64,000 nucleotides of DNA from the NCBI GenBank assembly GCA_036172245.1, contig JAYWIR010000014.1, positions 2,914,001 to 2,978,000 of the forward strand, read 5' to 3'. Shown here one piece after another: positions 24,339-38,349 of this stretch (the stretch's first letter is position 1; each line of letters begins with the position of its first letter). The position numbers were made by a program, and so were the translations under genes. This stretch comes from Raillietiella orientalis (lineage: Eukaryota). A model generated the notes under the pieces. That model worked only from the letters and a program-made list of their open reading frames with translations, was not told the DNA's origin and made no database searches.

Positions 24339-24639
24339 ATGAGGCGGACGAGGCAAGGGATGTCTCGGGAGAGGAGGCTCCAAATGACACCTCGAGGTGC
24401 TGCGCGAGAACATCCAGTGCATCGCCAAGACCACCATCCGCTGCCTACCCAGAGGAAAGGCTCCAAGCGCACCTCCGGACCCGTCGACGAGGAGGCACGT
24501 GGCGTGCTGAAGGCGTGCCTGGAGAACGCGATCCCGCGGCGCCGTCACGTACGCGGAAAACGCCAAGCGGAAGGCAGCCATGGACACGGTGCACGCCCTC
24601 AGGAGGCAGGGACGCATCCTTTGCGGACCCGGTGGCCAG
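24339..24639 (+). pseudogene. Histone H4 pseudogene
   Basis: Reading across frameshifts: M(fs)GRGKGCLGRGGSK*HLEVLRENIQCIAKTTIRCLP(fs)[25 protein letters not shown](fs)[36 protein letters not shown], versus canonical H4 ...[22 protein letters not shown]...[59 protein letters not shown]. Contains an internal stop and at least 3 frameshifts. Confidence 0.93.
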
Positions 24640-24642
24640 CGG

Positions 24643-24663
24643 CGGGCTCGCTCGCGGAGCCCG
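24643..24663 (+). promoter_or_regulatory. Possible relic of the histone 3' stem-loop
   Basis: cGGGCTC-gctcgcg-GAGCCCg lies just after the former stop and resembles GGCTC-TTTTCA-GAGCC. It is followed by purine-rich gggagagagagg. It is closer to the stop than is usual. Confidence 0.4.
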
Positions 24664-24849
24664 GCAGACGCAGGGAGAGAGAGGAAATGACACCCCCCTC
24701 CCGCACGCGCCTATCGGGAGTGAGAAGGCGGCGACGGCGGCGGTCTGGGTGGAGGTCGTCCCCCTCAGCATCCGCGCTTTCGGCAGGACGCGGCGGTAGC
24801 TCCGTGAGGAAGCACAGTCAAGGATGTGAAAAAGGATTTGGATGAGGGA

Positions 24850-26620
24850 GTGCCCTCCCGCCCTCGATTCCATCGGTTCTACTCTCTCCCTCCCTCCCTA
24901 CTATCTTTTTCCTCCTCCCTTCTCCATCCAGGAGGGAGTTGGCTGGCCGGAGTCCCCTAAACCGCGCAGCCTCAGCAGATTGGAGCGATCCATCTTTCAA
25001 TACGAGCTTGCAGGAGGCGTGTCCCTCCTGTGGGTGCTCGAGGCGACCCCTCGGGGATGAGGGGCGCGTCCAATTGTTCTCATGGCTCGCGTCCTTAGCG
25101 TCCTGCCCCAGTTTCCAGCCTCCTCGGTTCGTCCCCGGTCCGACTGCCCCGCGCGCAATCTTCCGTGGTTGAGGTGCCCACAAAGCGTCCTGCTCGACCG
25201 CTCGTCTAAGGCGGAACCGGCGTGACCCGCCGGGGGTGGTGACCTGCCGGAAGGGAAGGGGGAGGGACCCTTCGTAGTGCGGGCCTCGCGTGATCCTCTT
25301 GGAAGGAGGATGCTGCCCCATGCGGAGACTGAGCCAAAAAAGAAAAAAGAAAAAAGGGACCGCGAGGGCACTCTCGTTCGTTGCGGCGTTCCTCCGCAAT
25401 GAACACGCACAGCTTCCTTGGTGGGAGTCCATGCTCATCTCGCGACCACGATCACTGTCACTGTTCTCATCTTTTTCTTCCCTCTTCATTTCCAGATTTG
25501 CGGAGTCGGCGGGTCCCGGGGCTTCCGTGGTGGCTGCAGCGCTCGACGCCCCCGACCGGCGCAGCGCGCGCTTCGGACGATTTTTTTTTTTTCCCTTTCC
25601 TTCAGCCCTGCACTTCGGACGTTTGATCGACATGACCTCCATCTTTTGACCCGAAGCTTGTTTGGAGATCTCGACGAAAGGCACGCCGCTGCCACTGCTG
25701 CTGGACCAGCGTTCCTAGCGCTGGAGGCTGGTTCGCTCCTTTTTTTGCTAGAGGAGGAGAGTTTCCTGGAGAAGAGCTCGTCGGACGTGGAGAGAGGTCG
25801 CGTTCCTCTGCAAAAGAGGGGGGGTGGAGGAGGGAGGAATCTCCGCAGATACTGCGAGAGCGCTAGAGGAATGCGTTCCTCTCCTGCTGCTCGATGGCAC
25901 CGACGGCGCGCGCCCTGCTCTCGCCGCTGACGCGCCCCGAGCGCACCGTCCGGTCACGTCCGCCAGGTACCGCGCACGCCCTCGAGCCTTTGCCCGCCTG
26001 GCAGTTCGAGAGGGACGCGAGGGTCAGTCCATCCTCGGACAGGGCCCGGTCGACGGACGTGCCCCAGCCGATACGGCGGCGTCGAAAGGAAGCGAAATGG
26101 CTCCGCGAATCCACAGAGTTCGGAGGGTTTTCCTGACAGACGCCACTACAGGGGAAAAAAGGGAGGAAACCGGAGATGATCACTCCCTTCTCTTGTCCAC
26201 CTTCAGAGTTGCTGACCCACGACCCGAACTGATCCGGGAGGGCGCTCGTTGATCTCCTTCGTACGCTGGATTTCATCATCCCCGCTGCGGTTTCGTTGTC
26301 CCCACAAATGGACCGCGGGAACAACAAAGGGAAACGCAAGAGGAAGCTGCGGAGATGGTTCGTGTGGCTGCGGTCTTTTCCCGTCAGGAGAGTCGAAAGC
26401 ATCCAAGAAGGCAGTGGTCGTCCGTTTGAGAAAGACGATGCCGAAGGAACGTCACCAGGTAAGGGACGGAGGTCCCAGACCGTCCGCCGAAGACCGCAGG
26501 CAAAGAGCGGCCGTCCCCGGAAGGCGATCCTGAAAGGGAGAGGGATCAAATGCGAAACCCCATCAGGTGGTCTCACCACAGCTCTCCACGAGCGTCGCTG
26601 CTGCCGCCATCGTTTTCTTG
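24850..26620 (-). mobile_element. Degenerate non-LTR (LINE) RT relic
   Basis: PPDGV ~ PG.DG; NGRPL ~ NWRPI; QVTTPGGSRRFRLRRAVEQDALWAP ~ V...G.S..F.L.RGVRQG.PLSP; QDAKD ~ YADD. Confidence 0.45.
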
Positions 26621-27079
26621 ACTCTGGGAGTCGGTGGTAGAGAAGGGGAAGGAAAAGAGAAGGCCGGGTTCCCAGAAAGAATGCGAACTCACGTTTGAGT
26701 GAGCGGTGAGTGCTGATTGGAGCTGCTCGCTTCTGCTGCTGCTGCTTCACGAAGGGGAGGCTGTTCCTAATCGAACGTCGTCCAGCGCAAAACCTCTGCG
26801 TTCAAACCCTGCTTTCCTGCCACCCCCCATCCTTACTTACCCTCTCACGATTGGTATTTGGCGAGCTTGCCCTCACAGTAGGCTCTCCAAAAACGGGACC
26901 CAAGAGGTGTATTTTGTTTTCACCCGAGATCGCCGGGGCGTTTATTTACATAAATAAACTTTACGATATGATAGATACATTGGGTCTGTCAAGTTCTCTG
27001 TTCTGCACAGCTTGCCAGGCGTCCGATGAGCAGACCAGAGAGGATGGTCTCGACAGCAGAGGGTATGAGTAAACGAAAA

Positions 27080-30000
27080 ACAAAAAAATAAATCAAAATC
27101 TCTGGAGGGGGGCACGGGAAGGGATCACTGCCTTCTGCATCCTTTGCAGAATGCTGGCAAGTTCTTATCTTCTGTTCTCTAGCTAGGGGCATCTAGCTGT
27201 CCTCCGCAAAAACCGTAGGTCGAAGTGATGGCGTCCCTACCTCTTCCTCCTCTACTGGCATCGCTCCACGCCGCCACAATTCTGCGTAGGCAGTAAAGCG
27301 CTGCTAAGGATGCGGCCAGTGGCCATGCGTTGCGCACGAATAGGGGTCTGAGTGCGTCCCTGAGGTTACCACATGGGATCCGAAGGGTCATCGCTGCAAA
27401 GCGTTTCTGCAACGCTCGCAGGGCAACACAGTCCACAAGCAGGTGCGGGAAGGTTTCCCGTTACCCTACCTGCCGTAATAAGGATCCACCTACCCCACCC
27501 CGGGTCCAGTAGTATCGGCGCGTTGCATGGGAGGTCACAGTACAACAGCAGAAACGCCTCCTGCTACCACTTCAGAGGGAGGCGGCGGTCGTTCAGGAGC
27601 GAGGGGAGCCACTTGGAATTACTCGGGATCAGCAGCTCACCCCAACGCACAAGTCCTTTAGACGGGAGACTTGGGGTCGCTTGGTTGATTAGCTCGCCCG
27701 TGGTTCAACCAGTAAGCGTTCTGCTTCTGGATGATATTTCGCGGAAGACTTCTTATTTCACCGTTAGATTGCTGCTGCCAAGATGCTCCCTCAGGAACGG
27801 CAGCGCGTGGGCAAGGGAAGTTCATCCTGCCCACGCGCACTTGGTGGGCTGCACGACGATCCCCTAGAGGAAGCAGTTGTGGTAGAAGGAGTTCAGCAGT
27901 AGCTGCCGCATCTCCGGGCTTGTCTCGTTGATCTTCGTCCATGTGCGTCCTGAAACCAGACTCTACCGTTCGCGGGACGGCAGGAGACCCATTGGTTTTC
28001 CCTGGTCAGTGCAGACACGCAGATTAGTTGTAATCTGCCATGGGTCACGTTGCGGATGCAGCGTGCAAGGAAAGAGGAATGTCCCTCGAAGCTGGCGCCT
28101 CTTCTGACCAGGAGGCGTCCCGGTTCGCACCAGTGGGTGCTCCGGAGCTTGGCCGTTAGCGCAAAGTTCTCCATTGGAGCTGCAGCTCCAAGAGCTCCAG
28201 TGTTAGGAAGCCGAGGCCACCATCAAGCGGACCACACAAGTTCTTGAAATGGACTCGAGTCCTTCCTTTACTCCATGGGGAGATGTGGGGGAGATTCTTG
28301 GTCCGCTTCTTAACACTTCTGGGTGAGGGGCAAACAAAAAGCAGAGGATGAAGGAGGAGGGACACGAACGTGTTCCACACCGCGGCCCGTTCTGGCAAGA
28401 GAAACTTGCTATCCTGGAACGGGCCGAGCTCCTGTTTTCCCTTCTGAAGATGACCGGTCATGCGTCGACCATGCTGAAGTCACCCAGCAGAACGCCAAGG
28501 TACGTTAAGCACCGATCCGTGGGGATCCCCAGGCGGATCCAGTCAGGTCGTCCAGACCACGCTGCACCAGTCAGCACCATTCACGACTTTGCTCTGTTCA
28601 CCTGCAAGTCCATCCCTCGACTTAGCAGCTCGAAGTACTGGAGCGCTGAAACTGGAGTCGACATAGAGGGCAGCAGCAGATCGTAATTCGAAGCCGAAAG
28701 AGTGCCGGGACGCGAGCTTGGCAGGGCTGAGAGAGTATCCCTGAATACCCTCAGTACCAGCGCCAAATAGGTGCTGAAGAGCAAGGGGCTCAGACTTTTG
28801 CTCTACCGTATCCCACGGAGCACTGACACCCCTTATACTTGTTCACCGCTGAAAGAGACGTCGATCAGCACGTGGCGCCAGCAAGAGCGCAGGTACTCCG
28901 TCAACAAGTCCGGGAAGTCCAAGCGTTCCAGAAGCTCAAGTAAAAATTCTTGGTCGACGCAATCGAATGTATTTACAAGAATTGTATTTACAAAGCGTCC
29001 CTTAGTGTTCGTGGAGATTGATGATGTCGGAGTCGCCGCCGCCACACCTCGGGTCGTCGGGCCGCTGCTAAGCGAAGAAGCGGTCTCTGCTTTGTCATTC
29101 TGGGCTGGCTGCTGTGAGAAAAATAGAAATGAATATGCATGAATGCCTATCCGGCATCCTTTCTGGAGAGAACAGAGGAAGAGAGAGAGAAATGAGCCCT
29201 TCGCTGCACGGGAAGAAAGAGGAGGCCAACAGCTGACTGATGGCCTTCCAAAAGGGCAACCAGAAAACACCGAGGAACGATCGAAGACCTTGGAAAGCGG
29301 CTGCAGCAAAGCAAATTCGAAGAGAGACAACGATACCTCCATCCCTCCACACTTTCCTATCCAGGGGCAAGGATCCCTCAACTTTAGGGCGAGAGAAAAC
29401 CAAAGAGCCGGGAGCCATGCCTTGCTTCGTCCTTTTTAGCTCCGGCTGCCAATTTTTGCACTCTGCCTGCCAATATTTTGCTCGGTCCTCGACCGCTTGA
29501 TACGGAGGGTCCCCGAAAGCATCCACGTCTCATGAGGAGGAATCGATGATGTTCCGCTTCTCGTACCGGGTTGCAGCTTTCCCAAGGTGATGTCACTATG
29601 AAATTCGAAGTTGCCCAAACGTCATCAGCCAGTCATCAGCCAATGTTGGTTGGTTACGTCAAGCCACGGTGACCCACCCGGATCTTTAGCTCTATGTGAA
29701 AGCAGATGAGGTGACTTGTGCCCACCCTTTTTGTACTCAAAACACACCTACAAGCTTACCCAGTTTCTGCCCCTGGCAAGCGCTGCTGCCTTCTTGGGAG
29801 CGCAGAAGAGTTGTGAAATCAGTTCCTCCCCATCAGTGACTTTCTGATGCCCTTCCTTTCGTCCTGTCCCATTCATTCGGGTAATCCGCAGTTTTCTTTT
29901 TTTCTTTGCCAGGCAACTGATTTTTCCTCCTTGCCCCATTCCGGTTCAAAGCCCAAAAGTGTGAGGGAACTCTTCTCCCGTTCTGCCGTGGGATCAATTG

Positions 30001-30830
30001 GGTTTCACTCTCCCACAAGTAAAGACTGGCTGCACTCGCCACCTCCTCCTTGAAATTGTTCGCTCCTCCGTCATTGCATTTTCTTCCCTCTTCCCACTCA
30101 AGACCTTTTCCCTCTGTCCACGTCTGGGTCCCTGTGTTGATCAGCGCCGCAGACACCGACGTGGCTTGGCTTGGTTTCTTCAAAGAACGTGCTTGATGCC
30201 TTCCTCAAACGGCGTTTCATCCTTGTCTTCCTCTCACTGTCCTCCTTATGTCGTCACACTTGATTTACGCAGGAGCGGAAGCTCAGCTTTTCAAAGCATG
30301 CACGTGACCGCACCCGGTGAATCGTCCTTTGGTACTTTGGTGCAGTTGCTGCAGCACCAAACTCGGTCTTCAGCAGGCCGAGACATGCCCCGGCTTTCGA
30401 AAGGCATGCTGGTTTCCCCTGGGGTCTCCCTTGGGGTCCACGGGAAAATAGCTTGCTGTTTCCCCTTGGGACAGCACCGGTTCTTCGCTTCTCATATCAC
30501 TGTGCAGCGAGCTTGGCAATCGGACATGTCCTTTGGACTTCGCAGACTTGGCTGAAGCATGCTTGGCAGCGCAGAGTGGTCATGAAAGGAAGCCCGCTCC
30601 TCACCTGCGTTCCTCTTTACGCTTCTCCAGAAAGGGAAGCATAGGATGCATCTTGTTTGCCGATGAGGATTCCCCGTTCCTGCCGAATTCCTGCACGGTT
30701 TCTGCAGAAGTCGGAATACGGGATCTTCCCTCTTAAGAGAACTGGATCGGTGTTCGCTCCTTCTGCTTCCGAGTTTCAACATAGCAGACGCGGTTACGGA
30801 GAGGCAGGGTGGTCCCTGTGTCTTTGAGCA
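27080..30830 (-). mobile_element. Degenerate L1/Tx1-like LINE ORF2 (endonuclease, RT, C-terminal Cys/His region)
   Basis: REDPVFRLLQK...GILIG (APE-like); KILAGRVQKL; NTFDCVDQEFLLELLERLDFP ~ KAFDRVDH.FL..L...GFP; RGIR*SKSLSPLLF; MDLQVNRAKS; RETFPHLLVDC ~ E...H....C; stop at 27179. Confidence 0.75.
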
Positions 30831-33800
30831 TTCGTGCATCTCTTTGCTTCATTCCCCTGCGAATGCGATAGCTTCTCATCACTGACGCTGCTGGATTGCA
30901 TCACATCCCCCGTATCGTACACGTACAGGTGTACAAGCGCAGGTGTGCGCGAAAATGGAAACGCACGGCTCTGAAAGCACGCGTGTCCAGAACACACACA
31001 CACAGAGAAAGTGCAGCTGCACTGTTGGTTCTGTCAGAGAAGCAAAAACAACAAGCAGGAAGAAAATAAAAAGAAAAGCTACCAAACGAGTTTACCTAGG
31101 CGTTGCTGACCGCGCTTTATGACCTTCCACCACGGGTACGCTCTCTAGCCGAAGTGGAAGCTGCCTCCCAGAGCTGGGATTCCCGTGATGAATACGTCCC
31201 GTTCTTCTTGAGGCATCCTTCGGCGCTCTTTCTTTATTGCTTTCTTGCTCTCTTCTCTCTCCGCTTCTTTAAGAATTTATCGCCTTTTTTGCGAAGAGCA
31301 GCTTCGACAACACGCAGCAGTCACCCAGACGGAGAAACAGTATCCCCTCCCTTCTCTTTCATGCGGATTTGGAAAAGTCCCTGCGCTAAGAATGACACAC
31401 TGCATAGGCCACAATAAATCACGGGGTGACTTCCGCTCCCCTGTAGTTAAAACAGCATCATCGGACCATCATTGGTAATGCTGGAACACGGGTAACAGCG
31501 TGTTCTCACATAGCATCCCAAAGCACGGGAGAAACGGCAGTGTTTGATGCAGCGACCGTGTTGTCTGACGATCTCCTGTTCCACCGCGACACCTGTCCCT
31601 TCTCCCTGTCTCTCCTTGCAGGCGTCGCCATGGCAGCAGCAGTGAAGGCTTTCATCCCCGCATCTACCTGAACACACCGGGCTCTCCCGACGCCTAGAGG
31701 ACTCTCAGTTCAGCTTCCTTGCGTCAGGAGAGGTGAGCGTCACGTAATCCGCAGCATCTCTTGTGATTTTTCCCCCTTCCTCCGCTGGACGGGAGCGCAG
31801 CACGCGCCGCTCATTTCGCACCGGTTCCTTTCCAACTTCCCTTTGACGAGCCGGCTTCGTGCGTGCTGACACTTTCGGATGCCAGCCTCGCGGAGACGTC
31901 CGCTTCGAAGGGCTTGTACAGCAAGCTTCCTATCTAGACCAGGCGGGGATCGAAGAGGCCTGCTCGGCAAAAAAAAGACGGCAGCGCACCAGTCGGAGCC
32001 CAGAGGACCGCTCGCGAAGGGGCTCGAGAGTCCTCCATCCCCCTTCGGTCGATCCCGTCTGCTGGCAAGGATGGAACACCCCCTTACCCCCATCCACCTC
32101 CTTTCCTCTTGTCGGCCGCCGAGAGCTGCCACTGGCGGCGCCGAGCGGCCGAGCCAAGAGCGCTGCGGCAGAAGCAGCGCTCTATGAAGAGGGGAAGGGA
32201 GCGGGTGGGGGTCGTATCCGCACCGAAGTGGATGTTCAGTGAAGGTGGGTCACCCATCTCGCCACGCAGTGCCGGAGGTCGAAGCGGAACGCCCCGCAAA
32301 CGAATGCTCAGACCCGAAGGAGGGGAAAGGGCACTTCGGGAAGAAGAAAAGGGTCACCTTCGTTGTCTCCCTTGAAGACCCTTCGGCAAGATGCGAATAG
32401 AAGCGTCGGAAGGGGGGGAGGAGGAGCTATTTTTAGTCTCACTTCGCGCGCCTTCGTGAGGCAGCAGGACGCAGGACCGCACCCTGCAAGCGTTTAGAAG
32501 GAGGAACCAGAAAAGCAGACGTCGAGGCCTCGCGGACCGGGAATTCGCACTGGGGTATTCGAAAATCTCACAAGAGAATAGGTGCACCGGGAAAGAAGCG
32601 CCAACAAAACGGAGGAAGAACACGAGTGCGCTGAGTGCTGGAAGATGGCGGGCACCATGGTTCTCCCGGCCCACTTTCCCGGCGACTCGCTTCCAGAGAA
32701 ACGGATGCCGCTCGCGGCAGAGTCGGAGGCCTCCGCGGCGTGTCCGTGGTTGACTGGAGGTCGGTTCCTGCCCCCTCGAGAAATATGAGCGAGCGACCCG
32801 TGCATTCTTTGTTTCTTCCCTCTGGGAAGGTCAGGGTGGGGAGGCAGGAGATGGAAATGGGAATGGAAGAGAGAGAGGAGGAGAGGCGGAAGCCTGGTGG
32901 GGGGGAGGGCTTTGGCTCGATGCTTCCCCCGCGCGCGTGGACGCGACGCTATGTCATGTGGTCCGGCCGTGCACGAAGGGGGTTGGTACATGGGCAGGAA
33001 GGCGCGCACGCGCAGGTGCGTTCTCAAGCTTCTCAGTCTCGGGTGCGCTGCTCACTTGTCTTCCTGGGAATTGGCGCAATCAGGGTTGTCGAAAACTGTC
33101 CTCCCTTCTTCCCCCCTCCTCTTTCTTCCTCCTCTCCCCCTCCCCCGCGGAAAGCGCGTTCCTGCTCGCGAGCGTGTGGGTGTTTCGAGAACGCAGTCGC
33201 CGTCGCCGCGTGACTCGTCTCCCTCTCTTCCGCATTTGCCAGGGTCCACAGCGCCTCGGGGTTCCCATCTCGTCTTTTCGTAACACAGGCGGAGCCACGG
33301 CTCTTTCCTTTCCTGCGCTGCCACCCTCCGGCGAATCCTGCGGATAGACGGGTGGGCACGAGCGCACGGAACGTCCCAGAAGATCCTTCGACCGTTCTGC
33401 TGGTGGCGACTGGGAGGAAAGGGGGGAGGGGTGGCGGATGCCTCCACTCGTCGCTCGGTTCTCCAGAGACTCCGAGTCCACAACGTTGGTCTTCATTCGA
33501 CCCTTGCTCCCCATCCCTTCCTTCCCTATTCCTGTGCTCCATGTCCTTTGTCTCTCTCTCTCTTTTGGTCAGCAATATCCGGAAGGCATATCCCGGATGA
33601 AACCGCATGAAACGAACCGATTATGCCAAATCGCCAAGAGTGCCATCCGCTGTTGCGCATGCTCCTCTCCCCCTTCTTTTTTTTTTGTTTTCATCCTCTC
33701 CCTCCCCTTTCTGAAACCCCATGGAGCTGAGTAGGTGTATTCGGCAACGGAAAGCTCAGTGAGAGGAGATGAAAGGGAGAGGGAGAGGAAGGATAGCAAA

Positions 33801-34399
33801 TCCATCTCTGGAGCCAAACCAGACACGGCCTGAGAGGAGATCTCATGACCACAAGAGGGTAGGGAAGCGTCAAGAAGGCAGGGGATCTCTAGGCTCATAA
33901 GGAAATGGCAATGCCTGAGATTCCCTCCCAGCCGAGATGGGGAGGACCATCGGTCCATATCACGCGGTGGTGGAACAGAAGGCTTCCTCTCCGGCTATTC
34001 CGAAGATCAACTTACGAAAAATTCGCCTCTTTTTTCCTGAAGAGGCTTCTTTCCTCGCTCCTTTTCTTCTTCTCCTCACCTCGTTTCTCCCTCGTTCCTG
34101 CCACGTCCTTGACCTCCGATGACCAATGTCCAGACTCAGAGAGTTCTGGGCTGAGGAAGGACCGATCTCGAGAGAGGAAAAGGGGAGAAAGCGTTTCATC
34201 CGGACCATAATTGCCTTCCTCTGGGCGGAGCTCGATGCCTCCTCGCGTCTTCCGTTAGAAGGACGCGCCGCCCTCTCCTTTGCTGCACCTTCTTTTCCTT
34301 TCCCTTCCGTCTCCATGGGGGCAGCACAGATCCCTATATGAAATGTCAGAGGATCGCGTCTTCCTCGCCTTCGGGAGAGGTCTACGGCGTTCCTTTCTC

Positions 34400-37300
34400 A
34401 CGACCGGCGACAGGAGCGCCTGGGCTGGACTGGGGAGAGGGGGGAAGGCCCGGTGCCGCTAATCGGACGTTGCTGCAGAGATTGTTTTCCCCCGCCTCCG
34501 GGCAGGTTCAGAGAAGTGGGTGGGTGCGCGGGCGGAACGCTCCTGATTACCCGCTCTGGGAGGCCCTCTCTCGAGCCGATTCTTCTAGCCAGCGAAGCCA
34601 GAGCGGCGACAGCAACCGTCGACGTGCCCAGAGGCACCTCGTGCTCCGGGGCTACAGCCTTCACGCGAGCGGAGAGTAGAGCTCGTCAAAAGAAGGAGCG
34701 CAGAAGATCGCTTCCGTATTTCTGGAAGCTTCTGCACTCTTGAGACCACCTCCTTCGTCCCCGAGGAGGTCTTCGATCCCGCCATGCACCACTAGGTATT
34801 TCTACCGCCGTCCCTCTTCTTTGAGAACATAACCGTCAAGTATCCTTCCTCTGGATCAGCGTGACATGGGACCATTAACTTCGGTTGTCTGAAAGGAGAG
34901 AAGGAATCCAGACGTCCAGCAACGGGTTTCCTACGAAAACCTCTTATCATCGTCGTCGTCAGGCGCCACTTTCATCACCATCAGCATCTCAGGGTAGCTG
35001 GCGCTTGTCCAAGTGTGGGAGCGGAGTCCCGTCCGGTGAGGCAGATGATCCGGAACCGAAGGGACGTCAACCTGTCCTGAGACTCGGAAAGGGTGGGAAG
35101 TTCGGCTCTCTTGGACTCTCAGGCTCGGACCGTTAAACCAGCAAGCGTCCCCCAGTGGATCGAATTTTGAGAGTCAGAACTGGGGCTCTGTGGAATGAAC
35201 CGAATGAAGCGGGTTACGGCGCCCGATGAGATGCTCATCAGGTCCCATGCAAGTTGTTGGTTGCTATGGAGAGCAGGGAAGTGCCCGTAGAAGCCTGAAC
35301 CTGCTAAGGGGTGCGCAACAGATGACTGCTCAGCCCTGGAGATGGGTTGAGCTCAAAGAGTCGAGGGTCTGCACCCGACCTTTCTTGTCAGAGACGGACG
35401 TTCCTGCCTCCCAGAGAAACAGTCTACCTGTTTCACCGGGAGTCCCGGAGAGTGACGGGAGAGTCATGACACTGCTGCACCCAGAAGGGTCCGGATACGA
35501 TGCTCTTCTGGAGCGGGTATCGGCGCAGATCCTGGTGGCCGTGGCAAACACTCCAGAGAAGGTGGGGTGGGACTTACCGTGAAGAACCACTGAGCATGAT
35601 CCAGTGGCTCTCAGGTCCCAGCGCTTTGGACAGCTCGGAAATCCTCGTCACTTTCCAACGCAGATTCGAGTGTAGCAGTCAAAAGGTGGCTCTCGTGACC
35701 AGAAAAACAGGGAACAGCTGGCGACCAGAACGTTCTGCTTTCGATGAAGAAGCATCCACATTTTCTCTCTGACCTCTGGACAACTTCGGCTCCGTGCTCC
35801 CCATTTCTTCGTTGCTGCAACTGCTGTAGAAGGACGCAGCTGGTGGTGGAAGGTTTCAGCAAAACGCGGAAGGCCGAAATTCCACTGATCCCTTTTCTCA
35901 AGCGCAGCAACGCTGACTTCCTCATCTGGTCACGCGGACAGGTGTGAAGAGAAAAGGAGATCTTGGTGCATCTGATGGTGCAGACCATCCGCTTTCACAT
36001 GGACGTTGAGTACCAACCTGTGGACGTGCGCGCCGAGAGGTGCTACCAAAAGATATGCGCGCTTTCACTCCTCGGGTTGTGAGGCGCAGACTCCTGCGAA
36101 TTTTGCGATTCCGACGAAGCGAAAAGTCAGGAAGTCGAATCCGAAAGAATTTTCTTGCTCCGTGTGGGAGTGGAGGGAGATCCACGCCTTCGATGTCATA
36201 TCCCTGCGAAAGCAGAGCGTCTTCATGCTTCATGGATTTACCTTCGAAGAACCAATGAACTGGCTAACGTTTGCAAAGCTTCGAGAAACCGAATGGCTCC
36301 TGTAAGGCAAAAACAAAAAATGCGGGGTAATGTGGTCCTTTGGGTTTTCGTCACTCTCGGTCAGGTTGCAGGAGGTTCTCTTTCTTCTCATACCGCTCCT
36401 CTTCGCCCTCCAAACGAAGGTGCTGCTTGAAATTATAGTTCGAACCTACCTTCTTGAGTGACTCGAGTGTAAAAGGATGTGAAAGCAGAACGTGCCGAAG
36501 CGAAGGAACCTAAACAGGATGAAACAGAGAAGTGCAGGAATGGGAGGAACAGGAGAGAACGATCGTGCGAGTTGCATGGGAGAATTGCGTGCGTCTTCCC
36601 CCGTGCGTTCCTCCATTGGGAAGGGGTTCACGGTTTGGCTGGAACACTTTCCTCCGCATTTGCTTCGAGGGAAGCTGAACTGTCTGCGCAAATGTAAGAG
36701 AGAGGGGAAAAACAGAATGTGGTTCTGGAACGAGTAGAGAGAGAGAGATGCATGCTGGCCTTCGTAGTACGGTGCCATGGTCCAGTCGAGGGGTGAGGTT
36801 TCGAGACTCGAGATGATGGGTGCGGTGCGTGCGAGCTGGATCTGCAGTGTCGGAAAATGATCGAAGACGATGCTCTGATCCCTTGACGTCCCTCTCTCGT
36901 GGCTGTGAAGAGCAAAGCGAACAAATGCTGATGCCCTTTTCAGGGAGAAGAAGAGCGGATGGCGACGGGGGATCAACAAAAGCCTTCTTTTTCTTAGAGG
37001 ATCACTCACTTGTAAGAGTCACCGTCGGATGCAGCACGCGGGCTGCGTCACAGTAGCCCCCCGCTACCCTTTCGACCATTGTGCTCAGGAGTGAGCATAG
37101 GGAAAAATGCTCAGGCGTTGCAGGGAAAATGGATCTCGGCCATCTCCAGGGACACCATGATCATCCGTTCTTTCATCTGCCTTTTATTGCAACGCTTGCT
37201 GGTACGAAGTCATCATCTTTTTCCAGCGGTAGGAAAGGTCGGGTTTTCGCCATCTCTCGTGAAGTCTAGCAAGCGCTTAAACGCCGTTCCAGTCGCAGGC

Positions 37301-38060
37301 AGCCAGGTGACGAGCCGCCTTTCTCATCCTTTCCGGCGCGGTCGCTGCCCCAAGAGATGAATTCCTCTCACGTGAGCTCTTCAAAATCCACCAGGGAGCA
37401 AAGAGGGTCCGGTTCCTGCTCGCCGTTGATCCCAGGCGAACGAGGTCAAAAAGGTTCGCTTTCGAAACTGCTGAGTACCCTCCCGCAGGTCCACCCACTG
37501 GAGACGCCGCAGAGGAAGCGCAGGATACAAGGCAGTAACCCGCTTCGGCTGGGTGAGGTCTTGGTCGACGTGCTCCGCTTTCCCTTCCTAAAGGGCAAGT
37601 GATTTCGCGTTTTGCTCGACTGAGATTTCGCTTGTCGGATGCAGGTTGTTTCTTAGCAACGGGAGGTTCCTCGGGATCACTCTCTTGATGATTAAGATGG
37701 AAGTACGGAAAAAAGAAGGGAAAATGATCATTCACCCCGCCCTCGCAAACTCCTGAACCATCCGTTTGTCTGGGAGGTACGATCGTGAAGCGGTTATGCA
37801 TTAGGTGAAGCGGGTATTCCCAGGTTCGCAGAGGGATTTTCGAGTACAAGAGAGTGGGAAGCACTTTGAGGACTCCTCAAGGAAGAGGACGGAACAAAGA
37901 AGCTCGTCTCCCTGGCCCTGCAAGCAAGTGAGGCGAACTGGCTCCGCAAGTGGTGTTTTATGGTGGGGAGGCAGATTGGGATATGAACGCTCCCGATCCC
38001 TGTTTCCACTTGCTGCCGCCTTCGTACAAGGGGGACAACGTGTGAGGTCAAGGAAGAAAC
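34400..38060 (+). mobile_element. Degenerate BEL/Pao LTR retrotransposon pol
   Basis: SVFLEASA ~ VVFDASA; GYDALL...AQIL...KVGWDLP ~ YDPLG...AKI...GWD; HIFS..SG..FGSVL ~ HIFSDAS..YGAV; FSKTRKA..LIPFL ~ AKSRVAP..TIPRL; FTWTLS ~ FWTDS; AVRASWI; FRRGRCPKR ~ RRG.P; SPWP ~ .KWP. Ends with aaggggga...tgtg (PPT/LTR-like) at ~38028-38045. Confidence 0.7.
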
Positions 38061-38349
38061 GGGTTAGACGATGCAGAGAAGAGTTTTCTCTTCTACGAGA
38101 CACCGACATCTGAAGATTGTGGAATATCTCCTCGTGGCGAGGAAGAGCCAAAGCCGGGGCAGAATCAGGATTTCAGGTCTCTGCGTCATCCGGTGGTTTC
38201 TCAGATGGAGGAGACGGAAGTTTTCCGTCCCTTTCTACCTTGCAAGGGCCCTTGGAGTTTTATTTTTTACAATCAAGTGAGAATTCAGAAGATTTTGATG
38301 CATAGTTAAAAACAAAGCCCTTTGTTTCTACCTCTGCACCTTGAGTTCT

